64,000 nt of DNA from Planctomycetota bacterium (lineage in GTDB: Bacteria > Planctomycetota > PLA2), in contig JAZFYD010000249.1 in NCBI GenBank assembly GCA_036443405.1, positions 1,553-65,552 of the forward strand, in the 5' to 3' direction. Shown one piece after another: positions 46,331 through 55,134 of this stretch. Made by a program: the position numbers and the translations under genes. Below the pieces are notes generated by a model, which did not search any database, was not told the DNA's origin, and was given only the letters and a program-made list of their open reading frames with translations. The first letter of the stretch is position 1. Each line of letters starts with the position of its first letter.

Positions 46331-49294
46331 TCAGCGCACCTCGAGCACGACCGGTGTTTCGCGGCCCTCGGCGATCTCGATGCGCTCGTGTTTCCTGCGA
46401 TTGGCCGGGAGTTGATCGGGGGTGGTGACCCGGTAGCGGCCGGCTTTCATGCCTGGCAGGACGAACTCGCCCTGGTCGTTGCAGCGCGCGACGGCGATGC
46501 GCCCGCTTGTTGCGTACACGACCGCGCCTGGCACCGGCCGTTTCCTGCGCACGACCTTGCCGCGCAACACGCCCGCTTCGTGCACTGTCACGGTGGGGTT
46601 GGTCGTCTTGCGGCCCGGCCGGCAGAGCAGGTTGATCGATCGGAAGTACGCCGCACCGCTTAGCTGCAACAACCGCGTTCGCCCCGGCGGGACCCCCTCG
46701 GCGACGAGCCGGCCCTTCGCGGAGACCGCGCGCGCTTCCGTATCGACCCACCGGTTGCGCACGACCGTCTGAATCCGGGCGACGATCCCATCGGGGATCG
46801 CACGGCTGTTCCCGTCCCGCCAGCGCATCGGGAGATCGATCCGCGCCAGACGCAGGAGTTTGATTTCCGTGAACGAACGCTCACCGGGTCTTAGGTCCAG
46901 GGTGAACTCCGTGAACTGAAATCCGGGGCGGCTCGCGCGGCAGTTCAGTTGGAGCTTGCGATAGATCGGGATGTTGAACGCGAAGCGGCCGCCGGCGTTC
47001 GTGCGCGCGGGCGGGCGGCCCATTCCGGGTCGAGCGCGGCCCGACCGGGAGTTCACGACATCGATGATGGCGTCGGCGACGGGTTTTCCGTTTTCGTCCA
47101 GCACGCGGCCGCCGATGATCGGTGTGAGACCGACGGTCATGCGCACGTTGTTTCGGCCGAGCGTCAGCGTCATCCGCGAGAGCCCGTACCCCACGCCGTC
47201 CTTGTCCGCGTGAAGGAGCCAGGCACCGGGGCGCAGACCCTCCACGACGATGCGGCCACCGGCCCCGGTCAGCGCGCGAAACGTCGAGTGGCCCGGGGGC
47301 GCCTTGGGCTCGCTCACCGCGTTGCCCTGCACCCAGACGCCGACTTGCGGGACGCCGCGCCGCGCGACCTCCAGAGCGAGCGTCGTGCGTTCGATTGCGG
47401 GCGCGAACAGTTCCACGTCGAGTTGATATTGCGGGCCGTCGCCGTGGATGACTCGCGTCACCGCGTCGAAGCCGGGCGCCGCGACTTGAATCTCGTTGGG
47501 GTCGGTGCGCATCCAGCGCGTTTCAAACGTGCCGTCACCGGTGCGCCGCCACGCGGTCGGCCGCGGCCGAAGTTTCACGCGGTGATCGATCGGGAAACCG
47601 GACTCGCTGTCGTGCACCGTGACCACGAGCGTCGAGGCCTCCTCCCAGACGAGGTCGATCGCGTTCCGTCCCGCTAGTTCGATCGCGGGATCCCCGCTCG
47701 CGAGGCTCGGCCGCGCCAGATGAATCACGGCGTCGTCCGGCATCGCGGGGAGCTTGGCGTACCCGTCATCGCCGGTCGTGCGCGGATCGGTGGGACTCAC
47801 GTACACGCGCGCACCCTGGACCGGCACTCCGTCGGCCGTGACCACGCGCACGACCCGCGTCTGCGCGCGCCCGGGGTCTTTCGCTTTCTCCTCCTCGTCG
47901 GGTTCGGAGGTTTCCCCCGGCATCATGCCGAGATGCCGCGCATCGGACTCGCGCAACCGGTCGAGGAGGATGGTTGCCGCCCCCTCGCGTTTCTCATCGA
48001 TCCCCTGCACCTCGACGTGGAGCCAGTGCGCGCCGCAGCGCGGAATCCGGAGCCGGCCTTCCGCGTCGGTCCTAGTCGTGACCGTCCGCCACTGCTTGGG
48101 TGCGTACAAGGAAGTACCCGAGATGTGAACGCGTACCCGTTGGTTCGCGAAAGGCAGGGGCGGCTTCGGTGGTTTTGCGGGCGGTCGTGGGTGCTTGTAC
48201 AAAGCCACCGGAACCGTCGGCAGCGTCCATGTGAAGAATCGGTATTCGTCGGAGCCCACGTGGGGCCGGGCGTCCTCGTAGGCCGCGCCGTCGGCGGTGC
48301 GGACGAATAGCGCGTAGGTGCCGAGAGGGAGTTGCGGAATCGTGGCGAGGCCGTCGGAGTCGGTCGTGGCGTGCGCGGGTCGCAGGAGGTTCTCGTGGGC
48401 CAGTGGTTCGAGATCACGATCGGCCGGTTGCGGGACGAGTGAGATCGCCGCGCCGGTCACCGGCTCGCCGGCGGTGTTGTATACCCGCAGCCTGAAGTCT
48501 GAACCCGACATGAGCGGTAGCACGAGTGTTCCCTGCTGCGGGAGCACCACCGGCGCACGCAGCAGGCGGCGCCCGTCCGGCGCTACGCCTTGCACGACAA
48601 ACGAACCGCGCGGCAGGCGGTCGAACCGGAACTTGCCCTCGGAGTCCGTTGTCGCGCGATCGAGGATGCCCTTGCCTGGATGCAGGAGACCGAACTGTTG
48701 CACGATGACGCTCGCGCCTGCGACGGGTTCGTTGCGCTCGTTCACGACGAGGCCCGCAAGCGCGGACTCGCCGGTGAGCACGACGTTGCCGAGATACGTC
48801 GTCGCCCGTTTGGCGGCGACATTGAGCGGGACGATGGCGACCTCGGCGTCGGGCGAGCGCAGAATGAGGCGGAGGTCGCCCGCTTTTTCATCAACGCCGT
48901 TCAGCGTGGCGTCGAAACGGCCACGCTCGCGGCCCTTGGGTTGCGGGAACTCGCGGCGTTGGCCATTCTCGCCGATCTGTTCGACGGTCACCTCGACGCC
49001 GGCGACCGCTTCCCGATTGGACGCGCGGATCGCGAAGCCGTACCAAGTGAATCGGCCGCTCGTATCCGTCGCTTCGTTCGCGCGCCCGGTCACGTCGTCC
49101 TGCGGTACGCGCGCGATTCCGTCGATGACGCGGAGCCCGCCGCTGAATCGCTCGGCCGGTTCGGAGTTGCCGCCGGCGTCTTTGGAGGCGTCGCGGTGGG
49201 TGCGGCCCATGCCGCCGCCGTTGTCATCCGCGGCGCTCAGCAGGAGGAGTGCCACGGCGCCGACCGCCAGAGCAACGACCACAACAACGCGCAT
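46331..49294 (-). CDS. Large membrane-anchored protein built of carboxypeptidase-regulatory-like (transthyretin-fold) repeats
   Basis: Start MRVVVVVALAVGAVALLLLSA (ATG 49294). Repeats of the form G-x-V-x-(D/N)-x-x-G-x-P-V-x-G-A-x-V, e.g. GLVVNERNEPVAGASVIV, GRVLDENGKPVADAIIDV, GKVVRRKRPVPGAVVYA. Confidence 0.7.
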   Translation of the reverse strand: MRVVVVVALAVGAVALLLLSAADDNGGGMGRTHRDASKDAGGNSEPAERFSGGLRVIDGIARVPQDDVTGRANEATDTSGRFTWYGFAIRASNREAVAGVEVTVEQIGENGQRREFPQPKGRERGRFDATLNGVDEKAGDLRLILRSPDAEVAIVPLNVAAKRATTYLGNVVLTGESALAGLVVNERNEPVAGASVIVQQFGLLHPGKGILDRATTDSEGKFRFDRLPRGSFVVQGVAPDGRRLLRAPVVLPQQGTLVLPLMSGSDFRLRVYNTAGEPVTGAAISLVPQPADRDLEPLAHENLLRPAHATTDSDGLATIPQLPLGTYALFVRTADGAAYEDARPHVGSDEYRFFTWTLPTVPVALYKHPRPPAKPPKPPLPFANQRVRVHISGTSLYAPKQWRTVTTRTDAEGRLRIPRCGAHWLHVEVQGIDEKREGAATILLDRLRESDARHLGMMPGETSEPDEEEKAKDPGRAQTRVVRVVTADGVPVQGARVYVSPTDPRTTGDDGYAKLPAMPDDAVIHLARPSLASGDPAIELAGRNAIDLVWEEASTLVVTVHDSESGFPIDHRVKLRPRPTAWRRTGDGTFETRWMRTDPNEIQVAAPGFDAVTRVIHGDGPQYQLDVELFAPAIERTTLALEVARRGVPQVGVWVQGNAVSEPKAPPGHSTFRALTGAGGRIVVEGLRPGAWLLHADKDGVGYGLSRMTLTLGRNNVRMTVGLTPIIGGRVLDENGKPVADAIIDVVNSRSGRARPGMGRPPARTNAGGRFAFNIPIYRKLQLNCRASRPGFQFTEFTLDLRPGERSFTEIKLLRLARIDLPMRWRDGNSRAIPDGIVARIQTVVRNRWVDTEARAVSAKGRLVAEGVPPGRTRLLQLSGAAYFRSINLLCRPGRKTTNPTVTVHEAGVLRGKVVRRKRPVPGAVVYATSGRIAVARCNDQGEFVLPGMKAGRYRVTTPDQLPANRRKHERIEIAEGRETPVVLEVR

Positions 49295-49314
49295 GGCTCT
49301 TGGACGAGGTTGGG

Positions 49315-49785
49315 CTAACCGTTCCTCCATTTGGTGAACGGTTGCCGGCTCAGCTGTGAAACGCGGTAGCGCACATCCAGGGAGATGTCTTCGCCGACCC
49401 ATTCGGGCAGTTCGACCTCGGCGTCCTCAGCGGGCAGTTCGACCTCGGCGATGACCAGGCCGTCGTTCACTCCGTGAAAGACATCGACCTCCCAGGTGCG
49501 GCCGCCGAACTCGCGTTTGTAGCGCGTCTTTTCGATGACCACCGGGCAGAGGCTCTCGAGCATCGCTTCGGCGTCCGCTACCGGGATCTCGTATTCGAAC
49601 TCGTCGCGGGTCAGGCCGCGCTGGGCGCTCTTGATCGACAGAGTGGCGCGGTCCCCCTCGATGCGCGTGCGCACAACACCGTGATCCTCGATCGCGATGT
49701 AGCCCTGCCGCTGCAGGACACCGTCTGCGCCCGCCCGCCAACCGTCGCCGCTCACCAGAAACTTGCGTTCGATCTCATGCGCCAT
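49315..49785 (-). CDS. CYTH-domain protein (triphosphate tunnel metalloenzyme / class IV adenylate cyclase-like)
   Basis: Start MAHEIERKFLV carries the ExExK signature. About 156 aa. Confidence 0.75.
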   Translation of the reverse strand: MAHEIERKFLVSGDGWRAGADGVLQRQGYIAIEDHGVVRTRIEGDRATLSIKSAQRGLTRDEFEYEIPVADAEAMLESLCPVVIEKTRYKREFGGRTWEVDVFHGVNDGLVIAEVELPAEDAEVELPEWVGEDISLDVRYRVSQLSRQPFTKWRNG

Positions 49786-49865
49786 CGCGCGCGATTGTGG
49801 CACATTCCCGGCCGCTCCGAGATCCCCCAAGAACCCCGGGGTCACCAGTGAACCCGGACGCGCCG

Positions 49866-52800
49866 TTACTCAGGGAATCTGACGGCGACGTCGGTCGAAC
49901 CCGAACGCACTTCGCCCGCCTCCGCTTTCGTGCTCTTGCCCTGGTTCCAGCGGTGCGCCTGCAGCTTGTAGACACCCTTCTCCAGACCCTTGATTTCGAA
50001 TTTTCCGTCATTGCCCTGGATGAACGTGTGGCCGGACGACTTGCCGTCCGCTGTCGTTGCGGTCACGGTCACGAAACCCGCGGGCTGTCCGTCGGCGAGA
50101 TACACGGTGCCCGAGATCGTCTCGCCGACCGTGGCGATCAACTGGACCGTGTGCTGACCGGGGGCCACTTTGACGGATGTCTTGATGAATCCCTTGCCGG
50201 ACTCCTCGATGGACACCGTCAACTCCCCTTCGCTCGCGATGCCGGCGATGCGGAAGGTGCCGTCCGCGCCCGAGGTTGCGCTGCGGGTGCCGCTGCGGCC
50301 CATCGGCGATGCGATCTGCCGTGGCGTGTTCGGTGTCGTCACCATCACCAAAGCGCCCTCGACAGGCGCTCTCCCGCTATTCACGACGCGGCCGGTGATT
50401 ACACGACCTGCATTCAGGCGGAACTCGCGCACACCCGCGCCGGCTTCGACGTTTTTGACGGTTAGTTCCACGTAATCGGAGTGTGTGATGCGCAGCGTGA
50501 ACGGCTTCTGCGGCAGGCCCGTCAACTCGAAGCCGCCGTCGGCGTCGGTTTGCGCGTTTCCACCGCGCATCCATCGACCCGGTGTGTCCGCGAAGGTGGC
50601 CCGCACGTTCGCGCCGGCGACCCGCGTACCACCCGCGAGCACGCGCCCGCGCATCGTCCCGCCCTTCAGGACAACGATGCGAACCTCCGTCTGTCCGGTG
50701 CGCGCCTTGACCGTCTCGCCGTACATGCCCTCGGCGTAGACGTTGATGTCGTAGTTGCCGTCGGCCAGTCCGTACTGTTCGAAACGGCCGTTCGCGTCGC
50801 TGCGTCCGTTGAAGTAGGTCCGGCCACGGCTGCCGCCCGCGCCGCCGCCTTGGCCCTGCGCCGCGCCCGCGTCCTGGGACCAGGCGTTGAACTGGATGCC
50901 CTCGAGCGGTTGGCCGTCTCCATCGACTACGATGCCGGAGATGCCCAAGCCGCGCTCGAGCGTCACCTCCGGGAGTTTCTCCTCGGCTTTGCCCGGCGCG
51001 AGCGCGATCGACTCGCTCTTCTCCATGTAGCCGTTGTGGGCGTAGGAGACCTCGACCTGGCCGATCGGCGCGTTGCGCACGGTGAAGATGCCGTTGATAT
51101 CCGTCACACCGGGTTTGGTTCCGCCGGATCCCATCATCTGTTCCATCTGGCGCCGCATCGGGTTGTTGCCTTTTTGCTCCTCGCGGTCGATTGTGACGCG
51201 CACGCCCTGAATGGGCTCACCCTGTTCGTCGAGAACTTTGCCCGTCACGTTGAGCGGCTCGCTCAGCGAGATGCGCAGTTCGGCGCCGCTGCCCGGGGTT
51301 GTCTTGGTCGGCTCCGCCGGACCGTAGTCGCGATGGGATACCGCCAGGGAAATCGCTTTGTCGCGAGCGAACGGACCGAGCGAGAACGTCCCGTCGGCGT
51401 TGCTGTGCGTTTTCGGCGGGCCTCCGAGCATCATCATGCGAATCATGCCCATGCCCATGCCGCCGCCATCGGGGAGTTGCGTCACTTGCGCGCCCGCAAC
51501 GGGGTCCCCCTTGATGTCCACGACGATGCCGTTGACCGTGGCGCCCGGCGTGAGCAGAACCTCTTTTGTGATCTCGTTGGTGCCGGACGGGAACATCGAG
51601 CTGGCGCCACCTTGGTTGCGGCCAAACATTGCCATCATGTTGATGTTCAGTTCGGGCACGAAGTCCTTGTGCAGCGCGGCGACCGACGACGCCTTCAGCG
51701 GAACGCCGAAGAGTTCGTACTCGCCTTTCTCGTTGGAGAGGACGGTATTGCCGCCGAGGAACATGAGTTCGCGATCGAGGCCGCCCATCGCCCGCACGAT
51801 CGCGCCGGTGACGGGTTTTTGCGTCTCGCGGTTCTTGACGAGGCCGCGGACCACGCCACCCGGTTCGACCTCGACATCGCCGACATCGATCACGCCCTCT
51901 TTGATCTCGATCGCCGCGAGCTGCTTGATCTGCGGGACAAAACGGTCCGCCGTGAGGAACGCAGACTTCTGCTGGCCCATGCCGCCTGATTTCGTCGGGA
52001 GGTGTTCGATGACGACCTCGCCCGCGGCGTTGGAACTGCCGGTGCCGAAACCGCCGCCGTAGATCACCGCGACGCGTACGCCTTCCGCGGGTTTCTCCGT
52101 GTCCTTCAGAATCGTGCGCATGCGCAGCGTCACGCCAGGTTCGAGCTTGATGCGGACGTTGGTGGCGGGAACGGAGATGTCGGACTTGACGTGCGCCGCG
52201 AAACCGACGGCGCGCGCGACCAGGATCATGTTGCCCCGGCCCGACGTCGCGGTGGCTGGCAGCGAAAACGCCCCGTTGGCATCCGTCACGCTTTCGATCT
52301 TGGTGCCGCCGCGGAACATCGTCATCGCGTTGGCGAGCATCACGCGCGCGCCGGGCACTGGGTTGTCGCCCGGGTCCACGACGACACCGGACACGATGGC
52401 GGCGCCGAACAGATGAAAGTCGAGGCCGGTGAGGTCTTTGACGATCGGACGCGCAGGTTCGGTTTCCTGGCCGTGGCGCGGTGAGAACGCGCGGAACATG
52501 TATTGGTTCGCGCCCGGCAGCGTGAGTTCGTAGTTGCCGTCGTCGCCGGCTTTGGCGAACGCGATGACATCGTCGGGATTGCCGAGCCGCTGGAACAACT
52601 TGCTCGGGTCGATCGAGAGGCTCGCGCCGGTCGCCGTCACGGCTTCGACGGTGGCCCCGACGATCGGTTTGCCGCGCGCGTCGAGCACGCGACCCGACAC
52701 CGTGATCCCGTCGGTCAGTCGCAGTTCGCCAAGGTCGCCGGAGTGCTCCAGCAGGAAGTTGCGCGCGCCGACCGCCTTGCCGCTACGCGCCGCAAGGAGG

Positions 52801-53147
52801 TAGAACCCCGCGGCGAGCCCTTTGAGATCGAGGACGCCGTCGTCGCCGGCGTGCGTGGCGGTCTCATCCCCGCGCGGGTGGCGCAGAATGATCTCCGCGC
52901 CGCCGGCCGCGGCACCGTCGGGCGCGACGATCTTCATCGTGAAGCTCAGGTCGCCGCGCTTTTCGCCTTCGGCGTCCTTGTCTTCCGTCGCGTCGTCTGC
53001 GCCATCCTCCTGAGCGGTCATGCCCGAATCGGTGTCACGCGAGGAGTCAGACCGGCCTTCGCGACCCGAGTCCGAGTTCATCATGATCAGCAACAGCCCG
53101 CCGACACAGAGCGCGGCGACGAGAATGAGGAGGTTGAGCGGTTTCAT
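49866..53147 (-). CDS. Large membrane-anchored protein with about 12 carboxypeptidase-regulatory-like repeats carrying Met/Gly-rich loop insertions
   Basis: N-terminal anchor MKPLNLLILVAALCVGGLLLIMM. Repeats GRVLDARGKPIVGATVEAV, GVVVDPGDNPVPGARVML, GIVVDIKGDPVAGAQVTQL, GKVLDEQGEPIQGVRVTI, GIVVDGDGQPLEGIQFNA, GRVVNSGRAPVEGALVMV and others. Confidence 0.75.
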   Translation of the reverse strand: MKPLNLLILVAALCVGGLLLIMMNSDSGREGRSDSSRDTDSGMTAQEDGADDATEDKDAEGEKRGDLSFTMKIVAPDGAAAGGAEIILRHPRGDETATHAGDDGVLDLKGLAAGFYLLAARSGKAVGARNFLLEHSGDLGELRLTDGITVSGRVLDARGKPIVGATVEAVTATGASLSIDPSKLFQRLGNPDDVIAFAKAGDDGNYELTLPGANQYMFRAFSPRHGQETEPARPIVKDLTGLDFHLFGAAIVSGVVVDPGDNPVPGARVMLANAMTMFRGGTKIESVTDANGAFSLPATATSGRGNMILVARAVGFAAHVKSDISVPATNVRIKLEPGVTLRMRTILKDTEKPAEGVRVAVIYGGGFGTGSSNAAGEVVIEHLPTKSGGMGQQKSAFLTADRFVPQIKQLAAIEIKEGVIDVGDVEVEPGGVVRGLVKNRETQKPVTGAIVRAMGGLDRELMFLGGNTVLSNEKGEYELFGVPLKASSVAALHKDFVPELNINMMAMFGRNQGGASSMFPSGTNEITKEVLLTPGATVNGIVVDIKGDPVAGAQVTQLPDGGGMGMGMIRMMMLGGPPKTHSNADGTFSLGPFARDKAISLAVSHRDYGPAEPTKTTPGSGAELRISLSEPLNVTGKVLDEQGEPIQGVRVTIDREEQKGNNPMRRQMEQMMGSGGTKPGVTDINGIFTVRNAPIGQVEVSYAHNGYMEKSESIALAPGKAEEKLPEVTLERGLGISGIVVDGDGQPLEGIQFNAWSQDAGAAQGQGGGAGGSRGRTYFNGRSDANGRFEQYGLADGNYDINVYAEGMYGETVKARTGQTEVRIVVLKGGTMRGRVLAGGTRVAGANVRATFADTPGRWMRGGNAQTDADGGFELTGLPQKPFTLRITHSDYVELTVKNVEAGAGVREFRLNAGRVITGRVVNSGRAPVEGALVMVTTPNTPRQIASPMGRSGTRSATSGADGTFRIAGIASEGELTVSIEESGKGFIKTSVKVAPGQHTVQLIATVGETISGTVYLADGQPAGFVTVTATTADGKSSGHTFIQGNDGKFEIKGLEKGVYKLQAHRWNQGKSTKAEAGEVRSGSTDVAVRFPE

Positions 53148-53396
53148 CTGGGATCGACTCTCTTGCGTATCTGCCTTAGGCGGCGGCTACACGAATCCGC
53201 CCGGCCGCGCAACGCAAAGCATAGTCCGAAGTGGCTCGCGGCGCGGCATGCGGTTTCATCGCCCGGGCGGTGTACGGATCTCCCACACCGGCGCGAAATT
53301 GGGGCGGTGCGGTTGCAGTCGCACTCCCGATCGGAGACTCTAGCCACGTGGAGCCTCCAGGGGACCGTCGCAAACCCGTCGGGCACGTCACAAGGA

Positions 53397-53876
53397 ATGG
53401 CGGCGAAGGAAAGAGACATGGTTGTCGACCACGAAACGCGGATCGCGGACAGAGTTCGAAGCTGCAAGATCGAGCGCAGGTCATACGAAATCTGGCTGGG
53501 GAGCCTGAGACCAGCCAATTTCCTGTTGGTTGGTGTCGGGGGCACCTTGTCGCTTCTTGCCGGGATGTCCATCGTCACTCAGGCAAATCTGATCGATGCA
53601 AATACCGCGGGCTGGATAACTGTTGGTGGTGCGTTGCTGACGGGGCTCCACAACCGGCTCAGGTGCGACCCGCACCAAGCAGAGTGCTGGAAGCTGGCAA
53701 CTCAGTTTGCCGAACTACAAACGGACTACGAACGCCTAGAGCTTGAAACGCAGGAACAACCGCGGAAGGAGATGTTGATGGCAGTGGAGCAGAAGTTGGC
53801 TGCTGTTCGTGCCGGTAGGGGGGCGTTTCCGAGCGCAGGTGCCCGGAAACAGGCGGAACAAGAAGCCCAGGCGTGA
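53397..53876 (+). CDS. Small 2-TM protein, SLATT/DUF4231-like architecture (unverified)
   Basis: Only the last 160 codons of track ORF 52503..53876 lie outside the big minus-strand gene. Start is ATG 53397 or ATG 53418 (AAGGA Shine-Dalgarno). N-terminal amphipathic helix, TM hairpin (ANFLLVGVGGTLSLLAGMSIV / AGWITVGGALLTGL), then a helix with Trp (AECWKLATQFAELQTDYERLE). Rich in A/T-ending codons, unlike its neighbours. Confidence 0.55.
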   Translation: MAAKERDMVVDHETRIADRVRSCKIERRSYEIWLGSLRPANFLLVGVGGTLSLLAGMSIVTQANLIDANTAGWITVGGALLTGLHNRLRCDPHQAECWKLATQFAELQTDYERLELETQEQPRKEMLMAVEQKLAAVRAGRGAFPSAGARKQAEQEAQA

Positions 53877-53877
53877 A

Positions 53878-55026
53878 CTAACCCTCGTCCGACGCCTCGG
53901 CGTCTTCCGCTTCGGGGGAGAGTTCGCCCTCGGGGATCTCGAGGGGGGCGGCCTGTTCCGGCGACGAGGCCTCCTCGCTCACGTAGGTGTTCAACTCATT
54001 GACGAGTTGGCGCAACCGGCCGGTCGACCGGCGGTTGTACTGCAGCAGAACGCGGCCGAACTCCGGGCACTCGCCGTCTTCCCCGGGTAGCGGCGCGCCG
54101 GTTTCGATCGTTCCGTCGGTCAGGATGTCGGCAAAGTTCGTGTTGAGCGCGTCGAGTTGCTCGTCGTTCGGTGTTTGACGCACGCGCACGCTGAGGCGGC
54201 CGTCCACGAACCGGCTCGAATGGTAGTTCGAGTAGAAGTTGAGGATCTCGCGCACCGCCTCGTCGGCGTCGTCGGTGACCTTGTAGAGGTGAATGTCGTC
54301 GGGACTGATCATGCCGCGCGCCAAAAGGTGCTCGCGCACGTACTCGTCCAGGTCCTTCCAGTACGTGCCGCCCTTCGGCTCGAGGTAGACGATCGGCAGG
54401 AGCTGCGCTTTGCCGGTCTGCACGAGCGTCAGGGTCTCGAACCCTTCATCATGCGTTCCGAAGCCACCGGGGAACAGCACGACGGCGTGCGACTCCTTGA
54501 TGAAGATCACCTTGCGCGTGAAGAAGTAGCGGAAGTTCACCAGCTTCTTGTCGCCCGCGATGGTCTCGTTGGCCGACTGCTCGAACGGCAGGCGGATGTT
54601 CACGCCGAAGGACTGGTCGCGGCCGGCGCCACCCTGCGCGGCGCCCATGATGCCGTCGCCGGCGCCGGTGATGACCATCCAACCCGCTTCGCGGATGCGC
54701 TCGGCAAACTCGTAGGCCATGTTCCACTCGGGATGGTCCTCCGGCGTGCGGGCACTGCCGAAAACCGAGACCTTGCGCACGTGCTCGAACGGCTGAAAGA
54801 CGCGGAAAGCGTGCCGCATCTCCTTGAACGCGCTGTTGAGCAACTTCACGTCCCCACGCGGCGTTCCGTCCTTGATGAGCCGGATCGCAGTGACGATCAG
54901 CTCCTGGACGAAATCTCGCGGTAGCTCCTCGCCGTACTCTGCCTGGGCGTTCTTGACCAGCTCTTCGATCTGCGCATCGAGTCCCGCATGTCGGAGTCGA
55001 TATCGTCGCGGCGTTCGTTTGCCCAT
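53878..55026 (-). CDS. LOG-family (TIGR00730 / SLOG superfamily) nucleotide-binding Rossmann protein, long form with N- and C-terminal extensions
   Basis: Start MGKRTPRRYRLRHAG (ATG 55026). The remaining 880 aa of track ORF 53878..57660 are antisense artefact. Motifs VSVFGSAR, ITGAGDGIMGAA, and the LOG signature PGGFGTHDE (PGGxGTxxE). Confidence 0.8.
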   Translation of the reverse strand: MGKRTPRRYRLRHAGLDAQIEELVKNAQAEYGEELPRDFVQELIVTAIRLIKDGTPRGDVKLLNSAFKEMRHAFRVFQPFEHVRKVSVFGSARTPEDHPEWNMAYEFAERIREAGWMVITGAGDGIMGAAQGGAGRDQSFGVNIRLPFEQSANETIAGDKKLVNFRYFFTRKVIFIKESHAVVLFPGGFGTHDEGFETLTLVQTGKAQLLPIVYLEPKGGTYWKDLDEYVREHLLARGMISPDDIHLYKVTDDADEAVREILNFYSNYHSSRFVDGRLSVRVRQTPNDEQLDALNTNFADILTDGTIETGAPLPGEDGECPEFGRVLLQYNRRSTGRLRQLVNELNTYVSEEASSPEQAAPLEIPEGELSPEAEDAEASDEG

Positions 55027-55134
55027 CGCGCGTAGGGTACCCCACCGTTCGAGTTGCGCGATGTTGGGTTGCGCCGAAATCGACGCGCCGCACCGCGAAC
55101 CGGCGGTCCCCGCGCCCGGATACGCTTGGCCAAA

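Noticed and set aside
44702-46663. 653-aa plus-strand ORF spanning three minus-strand genes and the NYN gene
   Set aside because: Highly Arg/Glu/Asp/Gly-rich and crosses several independently supported genes, so it is a shadow ORF. The same reasoning applies to 42222..43370 (+) over the thiolase, 36696..38396 (-) over the epimerase, 16960..18294 (-) over the transporter, 39233..40591 (-) over fbaB, and 50481..51989 / 52503..53396 (+) over the giant repeat gene.
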